64,000 nucleotides of DNA from an uncultured Methanoregulaceae archaeon (GCA_963701095.1 OY969564.1:320001-384000); one strand, 5' to 3'; positions 9,247 to 20,886 are shown, numbered from the stretch's first letter. The notes: generated by a model not told the origin, from the sequence alone. Made by a program: numbers and translations.

Positions 9247-10751
9247 TTCAGCCACCTCCCGCCAAAGAGTTTCCCGAGATTTATTGCAGTAAGCATACCT
9301 ATAACGTGGCCTTCAGCATCTAACACAGGTAATGCACTGATGTTATTCTGTTCAAGTTTCCTGACAGCAATGTCAACCGCTTCATCAGTTGTCGTTGTCA
9401 CGACTTTCTTTTTCATGATATCATGTACCGTGCTAGCATTGCCCGGGTTTGCGACCGCTTTTGAAATGTCAAAAGTGGTCACGATCCCGACAAGCCTGTT
9501 GTCGCTGCCGATGACTGGCAGGTGATTGGTTTCTCCTTTGAGGAGTTTTTGTGCGGCAGTACGGATCTCCTCATTCTCACCAACACTTACGACCTGCCGG
9601 TCCATGATGTCCATGACGCGGGGACCTTTTTTACTTTCATGCATCGGGTGCACTTTCTTTACCGGATCTATGGGGCGGGTGGGGAGGTCGAGCTGCATCT
9701 TTCCCTGTCCGATCCAAGACTTGAGCTCTTCGGCCACTTTTCGGGCCCTACGGAAGCTTGAGAGGGATGAGGTTCGCACCTGTTCACCGTTTACCTCCAC
9801 CGAGCCGGACCTGAGTTCTGCGTAAGTTACGCTCCGGACCTGTGGGCGGGCCCGGCTTGGCACACCGTAGTCGAGCAGGTCAACCGATATGTCTTCGTCA
9901 CAAATAGCGGTCGAGCGGACGACATCGATATCAAGCACGGGAAGTGGCACGCCAAGCCCAACGTACAAGGTGACACCGTACCCGGTCATGGTAGCGGCGC
10001 GGAGATAATCCGGGTTCATCTCTTTCAAGTTCCCGGTCACCATGAGAGTTCCAAAACCGCCAGCCGGTGAATGCCGAGTACCTTCGCCAATAATCATACC
10101 CTTGGCACCGCATAAAAAGATCGGAACGCCACTGCCGATAAGCCTGAGTTTGGGGTCGTTTGTGATTGGGTTGAGGAGTCCTGCACCGGAGTACGTGATA
10201 TTCCCGGTATTGGGAAGGAGCGTACCCATATAGGTATGGAGGAGGCGGTCGGTGGTATTGGTCGCTGCATTATACCTCTGGTAAGCGTTTCTCGGGTTGC
10301 ACATGATCGCCTGGTTAAGATTTTCAAGCAGCAGTTCGGTGGTTATATTCCTGCGAGGGTAACAGTCAGTGCCCCGGGAGGCCGCTCGCAGTTCCACAGA
10401 TTTCCCCGAGACAAGGTCTTCCAGGACATGTGCACCACCATATTTCTCTTCAAGGGTGTCCGACTGCTGCGTTGCTCCGATATAGGTATCGACAGCGGCA
10501 AGACCGCCGTATGCCTCAACACCGTTAAGCCAGATCCGTTCCATACGGATGGGAGGCTCCGAATGGCCGAAATTTAAAAATGCCCCGGATGAACACATTG
10601 CACCAAACGTACCGGTGGTAACAACATCTACCTCTCTTAACGCGCCTTCTTCGCCAAGCTCGTCAACGATAGCCGGCATCTCTTCTGCGGTGACGACGCG
10701 GGCGTTACCGTCACGGATGTGCTCGTTGATCTGACCGATGGACTTGTGCAT
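9243..10751 (-). CDS. L-aspartate semialdehyde sulfurtransferase (DUF39 + CBS pair)
   Basis: VDVVTTGTFGAMCSSG, PRNAYQRY, C-terminal CBS domains. Confidence 0.92.
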   Translation of the reverse strand: MHKSIGQINEHIRDGNARVVTAEEMPAIVDELGEEGALREVDVVTTGTFGAMCSSGAFLNFGHSEPPIRMERIWLNGVEAYGGLAAVDTYIGATQQSDTLEEKYGGAHVLEDLVSGKSVELRAASRGTDCYPRRNITTELLLENLNQAIMCNPRNAYQRYNAATNTTDRLLHTYMGTLLPNTGNITYSGAGLLNPITNDPKLRLIGSGVPIFLCGAKGMIIGEGTRHSPAGGFGTLMVTGNLKEMNPDYLRAATMTGYGVTLYVGLGVPLPVLDIDVVRSTAICDEDISVDLLDYGVPSRARPQVRSVTYAELRSGSVEVNGEQVRTSSLSSFRRARKVAEELKSWIGQGKMQLDLPTRPIDPVKKVHPMHESKKGPRVMDIMDRQVVSVGENEEIRTAAQKLLKGETNHLPVIGSDNRLVGIVTTFDISKAVANPGNASTVHDIMKKKVVTTTTDEAVDIAVRKLEQNNISALPVLDAEGHVIGMLTAINLGKLFGGRWLK

Positions 10752-10843
10752 AACTGGATATATCGTTTCGTGAATGTTAAAGGTTACTGTAATTACTATC
10801 AGTAATATATGGTATATATCTTCGTTCAGCAATATTCCTGTAT

Positions 10844-11551
10844 ATGCGCCTGCGTGCCTTTGCAGAAGAGATGGAATTGCTTGCCCCTTCAGCGCTTGCC
10901 GAGGATTTCGACACCGGGAGAATTGGGATTATCGTTGAAGGGAAACCGGATATAGAGAAGGTTTGCTGTGCCCTTGACGCGACGCCTGTGGTGGTCAGGC
11001 AGGCAGTCGCCGCGGGCGCTGATATGCTGGTCGTCCATCATACCCCCCTCTGGAAACCGGTGACTTCTCTTACAGGAACTACTGCCGCACTGATGCGTGA
11101 GATCTTATCCGGTGGATTGAATGTGTATGTCATGCATACGAATTTTGATCACGCAGCTGGCGGTGTTAACGATGTCCTCGCTGATCTTCTCGGTCTCCAA
11201 AACCGGCAACCGTTGTCTCTGGGTATGGTGGGATCCTGCGCAATTTCTCTCCCGGAGATCTCACAGAGGCTGGGTGGCACCCTCCGTATCTGGGGAAACC
11301 TCGCCCCTACCCGGAAGCTTGCTATAGTTGCCGGCAGTGGTTTTGATCTTGAAATTATTACAGAATCTCAGGGACTTGGGGCTGATACTTTCCTTTCTGC
11401 TGAGATGAAATTATCTGTTGCCCGGGCTTCGCCGCTTCCCTGTATAGAATCCACACATTATGCATTGGAAGCGCCGGCCATGAAACATCTTGCCGCACAG
11501 AACGGGTGGCAGTATATTGACGATCCCCCCCTTCTGTCCGTATACCCATGA
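10844..11551 (+). CDS. Nif3-like dinuclear metal centre protein
   Basis: LVVHHT, HTNFD, THYALE. Confidence 0.92.
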   Translation: MRLRAFAEEMELLAPSALAEDFDTGRIGIIVEGKPDIEKVCCALDATPVVVRQAVAAGADMLVVHHTPLWKPVTSLTGTTAALMREILSGGLNVYVMHTNFDHAAGGVNDVLADLLGLQNRQPLSLGMVGSCAISLPEISQRLGGTLRIWGNLAPTRKLAIVAGSGFDLEIITESQGLGADTFLSAEMKLSVARASPLPCIESTHYALEAPAMKHLAAQNGWQYIDDPPLLSVYP

Positions 11552-11865
11552 ATGATCCCTGGCAGTTGATAAATGACAGAAAAGAGCCTGACAAAGAAAG
11601 TCGGGCCGCACTCATAGCTCTGTACAGTACGCGGGGGAAAAAAGCAATTGATGCAATCGATTCCCACCTGGTCAAAAAATATCTCGATTTTTTTGTGGTA
11701 ACCGGTTCTTCAGCAAGGTATGTAGTCTGCGAAGAGGTCTGCACGTGCCGTGATTTTGCGTACCGGCAAAAACCCTGCTGGCACCTTATTGCCGTACGTA
11801 TAGCAGAAGCAACCGGGATATATGAGACAATCGACACCTGGTACCAAGAAAAGGGAAAGATATAG
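11548..11865 (+). CDS. SWIM zinc-finger protein
   Basis: CTCRDF...PCWHLIAV. Confidence 0.88.
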   Translation: MNDPWQLINDRKEPDKESRAALIALYSTRGKKAIDAIDSHLVKKYLDFFVVTGSSARYVVCEEVCTCRDFAYRQKPCWHLIAVRIAEATGIYETIDTWYQEKGKI

Positions 11866-12107
11866 GTAATGCTTACCGGTTATCATCTTAATGGATTTAT
11901 TTCATATGACACCGCCAAGATCTTTTTTCAAAAGAGTCTTTCATCGCAAACCCTTTTTCCCTTCACGGTTATATTATGGTTAAATGAGTGGAAAACCAGA
12001 CTGTCGTACGGATTATTATTCAGGATCGATCCTGAAATATCTGATGGCAGGATGGGCTTCCTCTGTTACCGTAACTTCCTGATATATATACTATGGACGT
12101 GCGTTTG

Positions 12108-14853
12108 ATGCTCGAAGAAGAATACAAGCTCGACTATTTCAAGAAACAGGGGATGATGCGGAAGATCTGTAAATCCTGTGGCTCTGCCTTCTGGACACGG
12201 GACAGTTCCCGCGAGGTCTGTGGTGACGCACCCTGTGAACCTTATACTTTTATTGGAAATCCTGTTTTCACCTGCCATTCTGTCGATGAGATGCGGGAGG
12301 CATATCTTTCTTTTTTTGAAAGAAATGGTCATACCCGGATTGAGCGGTACCCGGTTGCCGCACGGTGGCGGGATGATATCTACCTGACCATTGCATCCAT
12401 TGCTGATTTCCAGCCGTTTGTGACTGGAGGTGTTGTTCCGCCGCCTGCAAACCCTCTTACTATCTCTCAACCCTGTATACGGCTTAATGACCTTGATTCG
12501 GTAGGAAGATCGGGTCGGCACCTGACCACATTCGAAATGCTTGCCCACCATGCGTTTAACACTCCGACCGAGGAGATTTACTGGAAAGACCGTACGGTCG
12601 AGCTGTGTGATCAGTTCCTAGCCTCGATTGGTGGCGATTTAAACAAGGTCACGTATAAGGAGCATCCGTGGATCGGTGGCGGTAATGCCGGTCCGAGCGT
12701 AGAAGTAATGATTGGCGGTCTTGAGGTTGCAACCCTTGTTTTCATGAGCCTCGGCCGCCAGAAAACCGATCATCCGGGTTATGACCTCAATGGTGAGAAA
12801 TATTATCCGATGAAGCTCCGCATTGTTGATACCGGTTATGGACTTGAACGGCTTGTCTGGGCATCGAAAGGATCCCCAACGATCTATGATGCAGTTTTCC
12901 CCAATATGGTCAGCCGGGTCATGAGCTCAGCTGGTATTTCCCACCTTCTTGAGAATAAGGATTATACAAAAATCCTCTCATTAAACGCCAAGTTTGCCGG
13001 ACTCATGGATATCTCCGGTTCCAATCTTTTTAACCTGCGAAAGAAAGTCGCTGCCGCCATTGAGATCTCCCCGGAAAAGCTCGACCGGATGATTACACCT
13101 ATCGAGAAAGTGTACGCGATTGTCGATCATACACGGTGTCTTGCGTACATGCTCGGTGATTGCATTGTACCATCAAATGTCCGCGAAGGCTATCTTGCCA
13201 GACTCGTCATCCGGCGGACTCTCCGGATGATGAATGAGTTTAAAATGCAGGATACTCTTGCTGATCTCATTGAGGAACAGATGAAGATCATCGGCCTTAA
13301 CAAATTCCAGCAGGATATCGCGATTGTCAGAGAGATTGTGGACAGGGAAGTGGAAAAATACGCCGTTACTCTCGACCGGGGAACACGAATTGTCCAGAAG
13401 GTCGCAAAGACCTACAAGGCAAAGAGCCAGCGGGTACCGCTTTCAGAGATCATTACGTTGTACGATTCCCATGGAATTCCCCCGGAGATGATAAAAGACA
13501 TCGCAGCAAAAGAAGGCGCCGTCATCGATCTCCCGGACAACTTCTATTCCCAGATTGCCGACATGCATTCTGAGTCAAAGAAAGAGGTTGTCGTTGACAA
13601 GACTGCAGTATATGCAGACCGGGTCCGGGGACTTCCCCCGACAAAGAAACTCTTTTATGATCAGCCCGGGGATACCGAGTTTGAGGCAATGGTCATCGAT
13701 TTCTTTGACGAATTTGCAGTGCTCGATCAAACCCTTTTCTATCCGGAAGGCGGCGGCCAGCCGGCAGATACGGGTAGCCTTGTCGGGCCGGAAAGTATGG
13801 CACGGGTAGATGATGTCATAAAAGACGGTGAAGTGATCCTTCATCACATAAGTGGCGGTGTCCTGCAGCGCGGCGAACGGGTGAAAGGGATGGTTGATGA
13901 GGAACGTCGGTTCTCGCTGATGCGCCACCACACAGCCACCCATATCCTGCTCCACGCGGCACAAGAGGTACTCGGTGTTCATATCCACCAGTCCGGTGCA
14001 CAGAAAGGACCCGAAACCTCCCGTATCGATATCCGGCATTTCAAACACATTACTCCTGATGAGCTACGAAAGATCGAGATCGCCGCAAACCGGATGGTGA
14101 TGGCTAATCAGGAAGTCGAAATTTCTGTAGAGAACCGCACAAAAGCTGAGCAGGAATACGGTTTTTCCCTGTATCAGGGTGGCGTTCCTCCAGGTAAAGA
14201 TCTCCGTATTGTAAAAGTGGCCGGCGATATAGAGGCTTGCGCAGGCACCCACTGCCGGAGCACCGGTGAGATTGGCGTTATTAAAATCATCCGAGTCGAA
14301 CATATTCAGGACGGTATCGAACGCATTGAGTTTGCGGCAGGAACAGCAGCGGTCTATTATATGCAGCACCTGGAGCAGATTGCCGCATCATCAGCTGAGG
14401 GTACTTTCTGTCCAACTTGAAAACCTTCAACCAACAGTCCAGCGGTTTTTCTCCGAATGGAAAGACCAGAGAAAAGATCTCGATCGCTTAAGCCAGAAAC
14501 TGGTCGACCTTGAGATAAAAACAATTCTTGCCGAATCGATCTGTGGCATTCCGGTTACTGTAAAACGCATTGATCTTCCCGCCCGGGAACTCACGATAAT
14601 AGCAACAGCACTTGCCGAAAAAGGCGGTATTGCCCTTCTTGCTATGTCCGGTGAAACTGCCCGGGTAGTCCTTGCTTCCGGTGATCCACGGGTTAACGCT
14701 GGAGAGATTATCGGACAGGTATGCGGCCTTCTCGGTGGTAAAGGTGGCGGAAAACCCCAGATGGCTCAGGGCGGTGGACCCGATAATGATAAACTGGACC
14801 TTGCCCTCAATGTCGGTCGCGAACGCATCATTGCAGCTCTTCAGAATAAATGA
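12108..14853 (+). CDS. alaS: Alanine--tRNA ligase, frameshift near 14400
   Basis: Archaeal AlaRS motifs ASIADFQP, DTGYGLER, HHTATH, ACAGTH; the DHHA1 tail GGKGGG is in the next frame. Confidence 0.97.
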
Positions 14854-15437
14854 CCGGAACAGTTACAGTTCTTGAACCAGGCGATGAACGGGCCCAGAAG
14901 ATAGCAAAAGCAATGGCAAGTCAGACAGCAAATGACATTCTCTCGCTACTTGCAGCTGGATCCATTAGTCTATCAGATATTACAGAAAAGCTCAAGATTC
15001 CGCTTACAACCGCAAAGTATCATGTTGAAAATATGCTTGATGCCGGTCTTATAACGGTATCTGAAACCCGGTACAGCGTCAAAGGGCGTGAAGTAAAGTT
15101 GTACGCGCTCACCGATCAGCTGTTGATTGTTGCGCCAAAAAAGACCAATATCCGGGATCTCCTTCTCAAATACGGCTCTCTCTTTGGCATAGTAGTTGCA
15201 GGAACGCTTGTTGTATTCGCGCTTGCACCTCTGTTTTCTTCAGCCGTTACACCGGAGGCAGCCGCCCTCATGACTACTAATGGGGGTGAGGTTTCCGGAA
15301 TTCCTGGTGCAATAAGGGAAAATATGATGGTCCAAGGAACATACATTGACCCGGTTTTTACTTTCTTCCTTGGTGGCATTCTTGTTATCGGCGCCCTGTT
15401 CTGTTACGAAATATTTCTCTGGAACAAGGGACGCTGA
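14850..15437 (+). CDS. ArsR-type HTH protein with two TM helices
   Basis: TAKYHVENML...YSVKGRE plus hydrophobic C-terminal helices. Confidence 0.85.
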   Translation: MTGTVTVLEPGDERAQKIAKAMASQTANDILSLLAAGSISLSDITEKLKIPLTTAKYHVENMLDAGLITVSETRYSVKGREVKLYALTDQLLIVAPKKTNIRDLLLKYGSLFGIVVAGTLVVFALAPLFSSAVTPEAAALMTTNGGEVSGIPGAIRENMMVQGTYIDPVFTFFLGGILVIGALFCYEIFLWNKGR

Positions 15438-15558
15438 AATAGGAATTAGGGAAAGATAAGGAAACATAGAAGGGTATTCTGTCTTTAGAAGGAAGTAATA
15501 ATTTTTTTAAAGTCTGTTATTAAAGACGGAATATGCCGGAGAAAAAAGATTATTGACT

Positions 15559-16392
15559 TCACTCATTTCTGATTTTATTCAGAACAAGCATGGCGATCCC
15601 CAATGCACCGATAACTACTACCACAGAAAGAGGTGATTTGGTAGGTGTCGGGTGGATAATGGGTGTGTAGGTCACCATTGGCGTTGTTGTAATAGGAGGA
15701 GGGGTTATAGTCGTAGGTATTGTTGCAGTAAATGTCGGGGAAATAACATGATACACGACCGAAGTAATTAAGCCGTTTTCATCGGAAAATTTGACGGTAT
15801 AGTCATCCGGCTGGGTAACTGGCACGGTTTGGGTGAAGATCCCATCTCCGGTCTGGAGATTTGCAACAGTCTGGATATATTGCGGACCGAATACCCGACC
15901 TGATGATGCACCATCGATCTGAATTTGAATACCACTATTCCCCGCGTTTTTGTGTGAACCGGAAATAACAAGTGCATCTGCTAGGTTTTGGGTAGTAGCA
16001 GAAGTGAGAGTAAGCTCAGCAGAACGATCTGTCAGCATAATAATCTGGCTTGCAACCGAGTCAGAGCGCATGGCAGGGACAGCACCGTTCCATTCAATCT
16101 CTACATCGTACTGGCCACCTTTGAGTCCGGTTGTATCAAAAAGTGCATATTGAGTCTGCTGGCTTGGCTGGATGGTCATAACCTGGTTGTTGATTTGTGT
16201 GGACGTATACTGTTTCTGGTAAAAAACCAGGTTGAAACTTGTTCCTGGGGGGAAATCGGAATCAATCGAGCATTTTATGGTCTGGCCGACCGGGATTGTT
16301 GTCGGGGAGCAGTTGAGATATATCCCGTACGCTGACGCTGAACCCACAACGAACATGGTGAGGAGGGCTAGGAAACAGAGAATCTTTTTCAT
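15559..16392 (-). CDS. Exported protein with Thr/Pro linker and C-terminal membrane anchor
   Basis: Signal peptide; TPTKSPL-TM-basic tail. Confidence 0.8.
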   Translation of the reverse strand: MKKILCFLALLTMFVVGSASAYGIYLNCSPTTIPVGQTIKCSIDSDFPPGTSFNLVFYQKQYTSTQINNQVMTIQPSQQTQYALFDTTGLKGGQYDVEIEWNGAVPAMRSDSVASQIIMLTDRSAELTLTSATTQNLADALVISGSHKNAGNSGIQIQIDGASSGRVFGPQYIQTVANLQTGDGIFTQTVPVTQPDDYTVKFSDENGLITSVVYHVISPTFTATIPTTITPPPITTTPMVTYTPIIHPTPTKSPLSVVVVIGALGIAMLVLNKIRNE

Positions 16393-16481
16393 GCCTAATT
16401 GGTCGAATGCCCGGACATTAAAAGGTTACCAAAAGGATAGCGGACATTTCCTTTGCCTGAAATTAAAACCGATTTTTAAAC

Positions 16482-17091
16482 CTAAACCAAATCGATAAAA
16501 TTTTTGAGGAGGCACAGACCTAAAGACCCGCTTTTTTCCGGGTGGAACTGGACACCGTATACATTTTCCCGGACTATGGAAGAAGCAAAAGGAACAATAT
16601 ATTCAGTCGAGGTAAGGGTGTATTGGAGTGTTGTATCTGCATAAAAGGAATGAACAAAATACACATACGCTTCACGGGGCAGTCCCGCAAAAAGCGGGCT
16701 GTCTTCTTTTTCAAGTCTTATAGTATTCCAGCCCATATGCGGGACTTTGACGCCGGGGACGACCGGGAAACGCCGCACGCGGCCCGGGATAAGACAAAGG
16801 CCCTCGTGCAGTCCGTGTTCTTCGCTTGAGTCCATAAGCATCTGCATGCCAAGACAGATCCCCAGAAGCGGAACATCTTTTATTGCAGCACAGACCGTTT
16901 CCCTGAGTGTTCCTCAGCTGTTCCATGCCTTCGTGAAAAGCACCGACTCCTGGAAGCACAATTCCGTCGGCTGCCGCGATTTCTTCAGCGTTACCGGTGA
17001 TAACTGCCTCTGCTCCTGCAGCCTCTATCCCGCGCATGACACTACGCAGGTTTCCAAGGCCGTAATCAATAATGGTGATTTTTTTTCTCAT
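16482..17091 (-). CDS. hisH: Imidazole glycerol phosphate synthase glutaminase subunit, frameshift near 16910
   Basis: IIDYGLGNLRSV, LPGVGAF, VPHMGWN, YFVHS, QFHPEKSG split across two frames. Confidence 0.95.
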
Positions 17092-18493
17092 GCATATCGT
17101 CCCGGATTCTCCATGCCCCGCTTTCGATCCACTCCTCGGGCAGATCCTGCTCTCTTTGCCATGTTTCGAGATGTGCCTGCCATCCTTTCCAGAGACCGGC
17201 AAAATCGGTCTCAATCATGTGTATCAATGCCATATCACTTGACGGGCACATGAAACATCCGATCCGATCCAGCCGGTGTGCGTAAAGCCGGTTGTACGGT
17301 GCCTCTTCCCGGAAAAGATAAAGCCAGACGTGAAGCGCGGTCCATTCCTGAATAGGTGCCGCTGATACCTGGACTTTTACCGTGGGGTTTCTCCAGACCC
17401 GGTCACTTTTTGCACGAGAAAGCGATTCATACCGGCGCTGGCCAATAAAGGAAAGACACTCGCCCCATGTAGAACGGATCGTCTCTGCAACAGGAATGAG
17501 CTTGCATACACTACAGCACCAGCGGGCGTTTACGGCTGGGGGACCCTGCTCGGCAAGGGTTGCATAAAATTTATCGGTAGTTGTAGTCCGTATTACGGTC
17601 ACCTGGTACTGGTTCTGCACATCGAGGATATTTTGATAGGTTTCCGGGAACTCCAAGCCTGTGTCGGCAAAGAGGAGTGGTACATTTCCCAGTGCTTTTT
17701 GTACCACGAGGAAGGTTGCAAGACTGTCTTTTCCACCGGAATAGGAGATTGTTGGTTGGAGTGGATATGTGGCGGCAACTGATTTTACGAATTGAACTGC
17801 CTCGTCTTCTGTATTTTTGATGGTTTCTGCATTGGACAATACCGCATCCGACCATGTGGCTTCACCGGTTATAATGGTTGATGAGATGTTTTTTCGGTTC
17901 CTTACGACTTGTCCTTTCTGGAGCATCATTGCTTCAGTAACTCCCAGTTTAGCCCTTCCGGCACCAATGCATTTCCCGTATTTATCGAGAATAAATACCT
18001 CATCTCCCTTACAAATTTCCTTATCTATTTCCTCGAGACCAGGCCGGAGAACGCTCATTCCCCGATCCCGTATGAAAGGGACGGTGCTGTCGTCGACAAC
18101 AACGAAACGTTTTTTTGGGCGGAATACATTGCAGGCTTCAGGACGAGGAATGGGTTCCCACCGGCGTTCTTTTGGGATATACCGTATTGATCCGGCAATT
18201 CCGCCGCCAATCACGATCTCTTCCATCCGGTCAGTATCTGGAACCTTGTTTAACAGAACAAGCTGATTATCGGGAATAAGCGGTGCACCAAAGTGATCTT
18301 CAAAAATGCTATTGATGAGTGCGATGTCAGCGGGAAAGGCCGGTCGTGCATCACCAGGTGGGGTGAGTGGGACTTCACGGGTAGTCGACCCGCAGGCGGT
18401 ACAAGTTTTTGCAAGGACAGGTGTATGGCACTGGTCACACCAACGGAGCAGGATTTTTCCCAGGTAGGGGCGCATTCCCACATCTGTACGCAT
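17066..18493 (-). CDS. PAPS reductase-family protein with PUA domain
   Basis: SYSGGKDS, DTGLEFPET, RWCCSVCK, RIGCFMCP. Confidence 0.9.
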   Translation of the reverse strand: MRTDVGMRPYLGKILLRWCDQCHTPVLAKTCTACGSTTREVPLTPPGDARPAFPADIALINSIFEDHFGAPLIPDNQLVLLNKVPDTDRMEEIVIGGGIAGSIRYIPKERRWEPIPRPEACNVFRPKKRFVVVDDSTVPFIRDRGMSVLRPGLEEIDKEICKGDEVFILDKYGKCIGAGRAKLGVTEAMMLQKGQVVRNRKNISSTIITGEATWSDAVLSNAETIKNTEDEAVQFVKSVAATYPLQPTISYSGGKDSLATFLVVQKALGNVPLLFADTGLEFPETYQNILDVQNQYQVTVIRTTTTDKFYATLAEQGPPAVNARWCCSVCKLIPVAETIRSTWGECLSFIGQRRYESLSRAKSDRVWRNPTVKVQVSAAPIQEWTALHVWLYLFREEAPYNRLYAHRLDRIGCFMCPSSDMALIHMIETDFAGLWKGWQAHLETWQREQDLPEEWIESGAWRIRDDMHEKKNHHY

Positions 18494-18668
18494 TTGGTCT
18501 TAAAAAAATGGTGCCGTACACGTCAATTCGCGGCAATTTTCTGTGTGTTAATTGATACTTCTTAGAGTAAGACCGATAGGATTGATATGGACTGCCTCTC
18601 CACATTGATAGTACGAATTCGACTGCCGGAAAAACCGGCTTTTCCGGACTTCCGGGGTGTGATTAACC

Positions 18669-18917
18669 ATGAGTGTAGATATCTGGCTCTTTACAGCGGT
18701 TGTTTTTTTCATCCTTACTATTTGTGCAGTTCTACGTATTATCCCCGGCCCGACATTGAATGACCGGCTGATCGCCATCAATGTAGCGGCCACTCTTGCT
18801 TGTGCCGGGGCCCTTGCTCTCACCGTCAGCTGCCGGCAGTCTCCTTATTGTCCTGATTGCTGGCCTGTTCGCGTGCATGGTATTTGCTTTTACGATACGC
18901 AGCTTCCAGACACGTGA
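18669..18917 (+). CDS. MnhF/MrpF-like antiporter subunit, probable frameshift
   Basis: RIIPGPTLNDRLIAIN motif. Confidence 0.75.
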   Translation: MSVDIWLFTAVVFFILTICAVLRIIPGPTLNDRLIAINVAATLACAGALALTVSCRQSPYCPDCWPVRVHGICFYDTQLPDT

Positions 18918-18929
18918 GAGGTCATCAGC

Positions 18930-19283
18930 ATGAATGCATTGATCCTTGATATAATCCTATATCTCCTGCTTTTGGCAGGACTCGGGTTTGGCGCCATCAG
19001 TGTAATTGGTCTTCTTCTTTTTCCTGATATCAGAAGCCGATCCTTTACCGGCCTTCGCGCAGGCGTCCTTGCTATAACGCTTGTAACTATAGCCGGTGCA
19101 AGCTATGGTATCTATGAATGGATCATGAGTGGCGATATTCAATATCAGTACCTGTTTTATGCTATCGGTTCAATCCTGATGCTTGTCCTTATAGTAGTCC
19201 TCAACCGGATTGCCGTCGACATTGTTTGCCGGTCTTCGATTCCGGTGTTCTTACCTATTCCTGACGAAGAAGAAAAGAAATAA
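18930..19283 (+). CDS. MnhG/MrpG-like membrane protein
   Basis: VIGLLLFPDIRSR motif, 3 TM helices, follows mnhF-like gene. Confidence 0.65.
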   Translation: MNALILDIILYLLLLAGLGFGAISVIGLLLFPDIRSRSFTGLRAGVLAITLVTIAGASYGIYEWIMSGDIQYQYLFYAIGSILMLVLIVVLNRIAVDIVCRSSIPVFLPIPDEEEKK

Positions 19284-19326
19284 TAAAGCCTGTCTCTTTT
19301 TTATCTAAATTACAGGAAGTGACTAC

Positions 19327-19674
19327 TCAGGACACTTGTTCCTTTTGATCTGTATTTTCCTCTTCCGGTTCGATGAAACAGAGAAGAGACGCCACTCCCA
19401 GAAAAATGATGGCCGGCAAATAAATGGTGATAAGAGTAAAAGTTCCCGCAAGGGGAACCGAGCATAAAATACAGGCCCCCGACGATAGAAGCATCCACCC
19501 GGCAAACCGCGTATCCGTGTTTGCAATTGCTGCGCCCATCAGACCAAGACTAGAGAAAAGAGCGGCTTGTACACCAGAAAGTGTTATATCTGACGATATT
19601 GAGGAAAAAATCACCAGTGCTGCTGATGCTATTCCCAGAAATCCCCCTATTACACCAAGTACAAACTGTTTTTT
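19327..19674 (-). CDS. Small multi-TM membrane protein (DUF4064-like)
   Basis: FVLGVIGGFLG, four hydrophobic segments. Confidence 0.65.
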   Translation of the reverse strand, partial: KKQFVLGVIGGFLGIASAALVIFSSISSDITLSGVQAALFSSLGLMGAAIANTDTRFAGWMLLSSGACILCSVPLAGTFTLITIYLPAIIFLGVASLLCFIEPEEENTDQKEQVS

Positions 19675-20062
19675 CATCAGTAACAGATTGAATAACAAAT
19701 GCCTTTAATCTTCCTTTTATAATACTATACAAAATAGACTCTGCTGGATGAAGGCGCGGATATGATTTTTTTCGAAAATGTCCCCCAAAATACAGTTTTT
19801 GGCTTAATTTATAAGACCTTTCTCAATCGAAATTTGGCGTATTTAAGGCTTATTTTTGCAATTGCGGCTTATTTGTTATGATTGCGCATTTTGCACCTAA
19901 TCGTTCTGAATATCAGTTGTATTCCGGAGTCTCGCTTTTTGTGAGGGACAAAAGTTCGGTTTATACCAATTCTATGCAGGAAAACCCCTTTTCGACCAAA
20001 ATATTTATTTATTCAAAGATTAATGAAAATTATAACCCTTTCCGGTGGGAGGTGGATCGAAA

Positions 20063-20146
20063 ATGGTTGCAGCAAAGAAACCGGCCGCAAAAAAGGCCCC
20101 AGCAAAAAAACCCGCCGTAAAGAAGGCAGCCCCTAAGAAGAAGTAA
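20063..20146 (+). CDS. 27-aa Lys/Ala/Pro-rich histone-H1-like microprotein (not in ORF track)
   Basis: MVAAKKPAAKKAPAKKPAVKKAAPKKK*, strong GGGAGGTG RBS. Confidence 0.75.
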   Translation: MVAAKKPAAKKAPAKKPAVKKAAPKKK

Positions 20147-20223
20147 TTTATGGGGTTTAATTAATGTTTTCTCTCTATTTTTTATGATTCTCCTGTAATT
20201 GAAACGGTATATGGAAATGAGTA

Positions 20224-20886
20224 TTATTCCAGCCAGGTTGTAACTTCACGAACCGAAGGCCTGATTGAAGGAGACAACGTTTCTGCCGGGTATCCAATGG
20301 CACATCCCATAAGCGCCCAGGTACCCTTTTCAATCCCAAGGATACTACAAAACCGGGCATTTTCTGCCATTTGTGTCGTAACTGATACAATCTGGAAACC
20401 AAGATCGAGAGCAGTCGCCTTCAACCACATATTTTCCAGACAGTGAGCAAGGGACTGCAATTCTACCGGGGGGAATCCTTTCTTTTCCGTGACGACAATA
20501 TAGAACGGTGCGGTACCGACACCCGGTACCATACCCATGGAATTTATAGCGTTAAGTCGGTTCATGAATGATGCTGCCCGGTTTTGCAAGTCGGCATTTT
20601 TTTTCACTTCATTTGCCAGATTATCGCGCATCTCAACAACTTCTGCATATACAAGCGGTATAAGCTCCTTCATAGCCTTTGAATCCTTCCTGATGACAAT
20701 AAATCTCCGGAAATAGTCATCCCTGCTGCCAATCGCTGAAGCGGCGAACGGAGCATGAAGTCCGGCACGGATTATACTCTCGATCATCTCATCCGGGGGA
20801 ATTTTTTCAGTAAATTTCCGGTGGGAGCGTCGTTCCCCTATAATCTTGTCAAAGGCTGCATTTGCAGGGTCAATTTTTCTTGCCAT
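20224..20886 (-). CDS. Nitroreductase family protein
   Basis: RRSHRKF, ENMWLKATALDLG, AIGYP. Confidence 0.9.
   Translation of the reverse strand: MARKIDPANAAFDKIIGERRSHRKFTEKIPPDEMIESIIRAGLHAPFAASAIGSRDDYFRRFIVIRKDSKAMKELIPLVYAEVVEMRDNLANEVKKNADLQNRAASFMNRLNAINSMGMVPGVGTAPFYIVVTEKKGFPPVELQSLAHCLENMWLKATALDLGFQIVSVTTQMAENARFCSILGIEKGTWALMGCAIGYPAETLSPSIRPSVREVTTWLE

Noticed and set aside
8151..10751. UPF0280 / NIL-ferredoxin / DUF39-CBS cluster as a novel system
   Set aside because: It is the already described methanogen sulfide-assimilation and homocysteine synthesis module.
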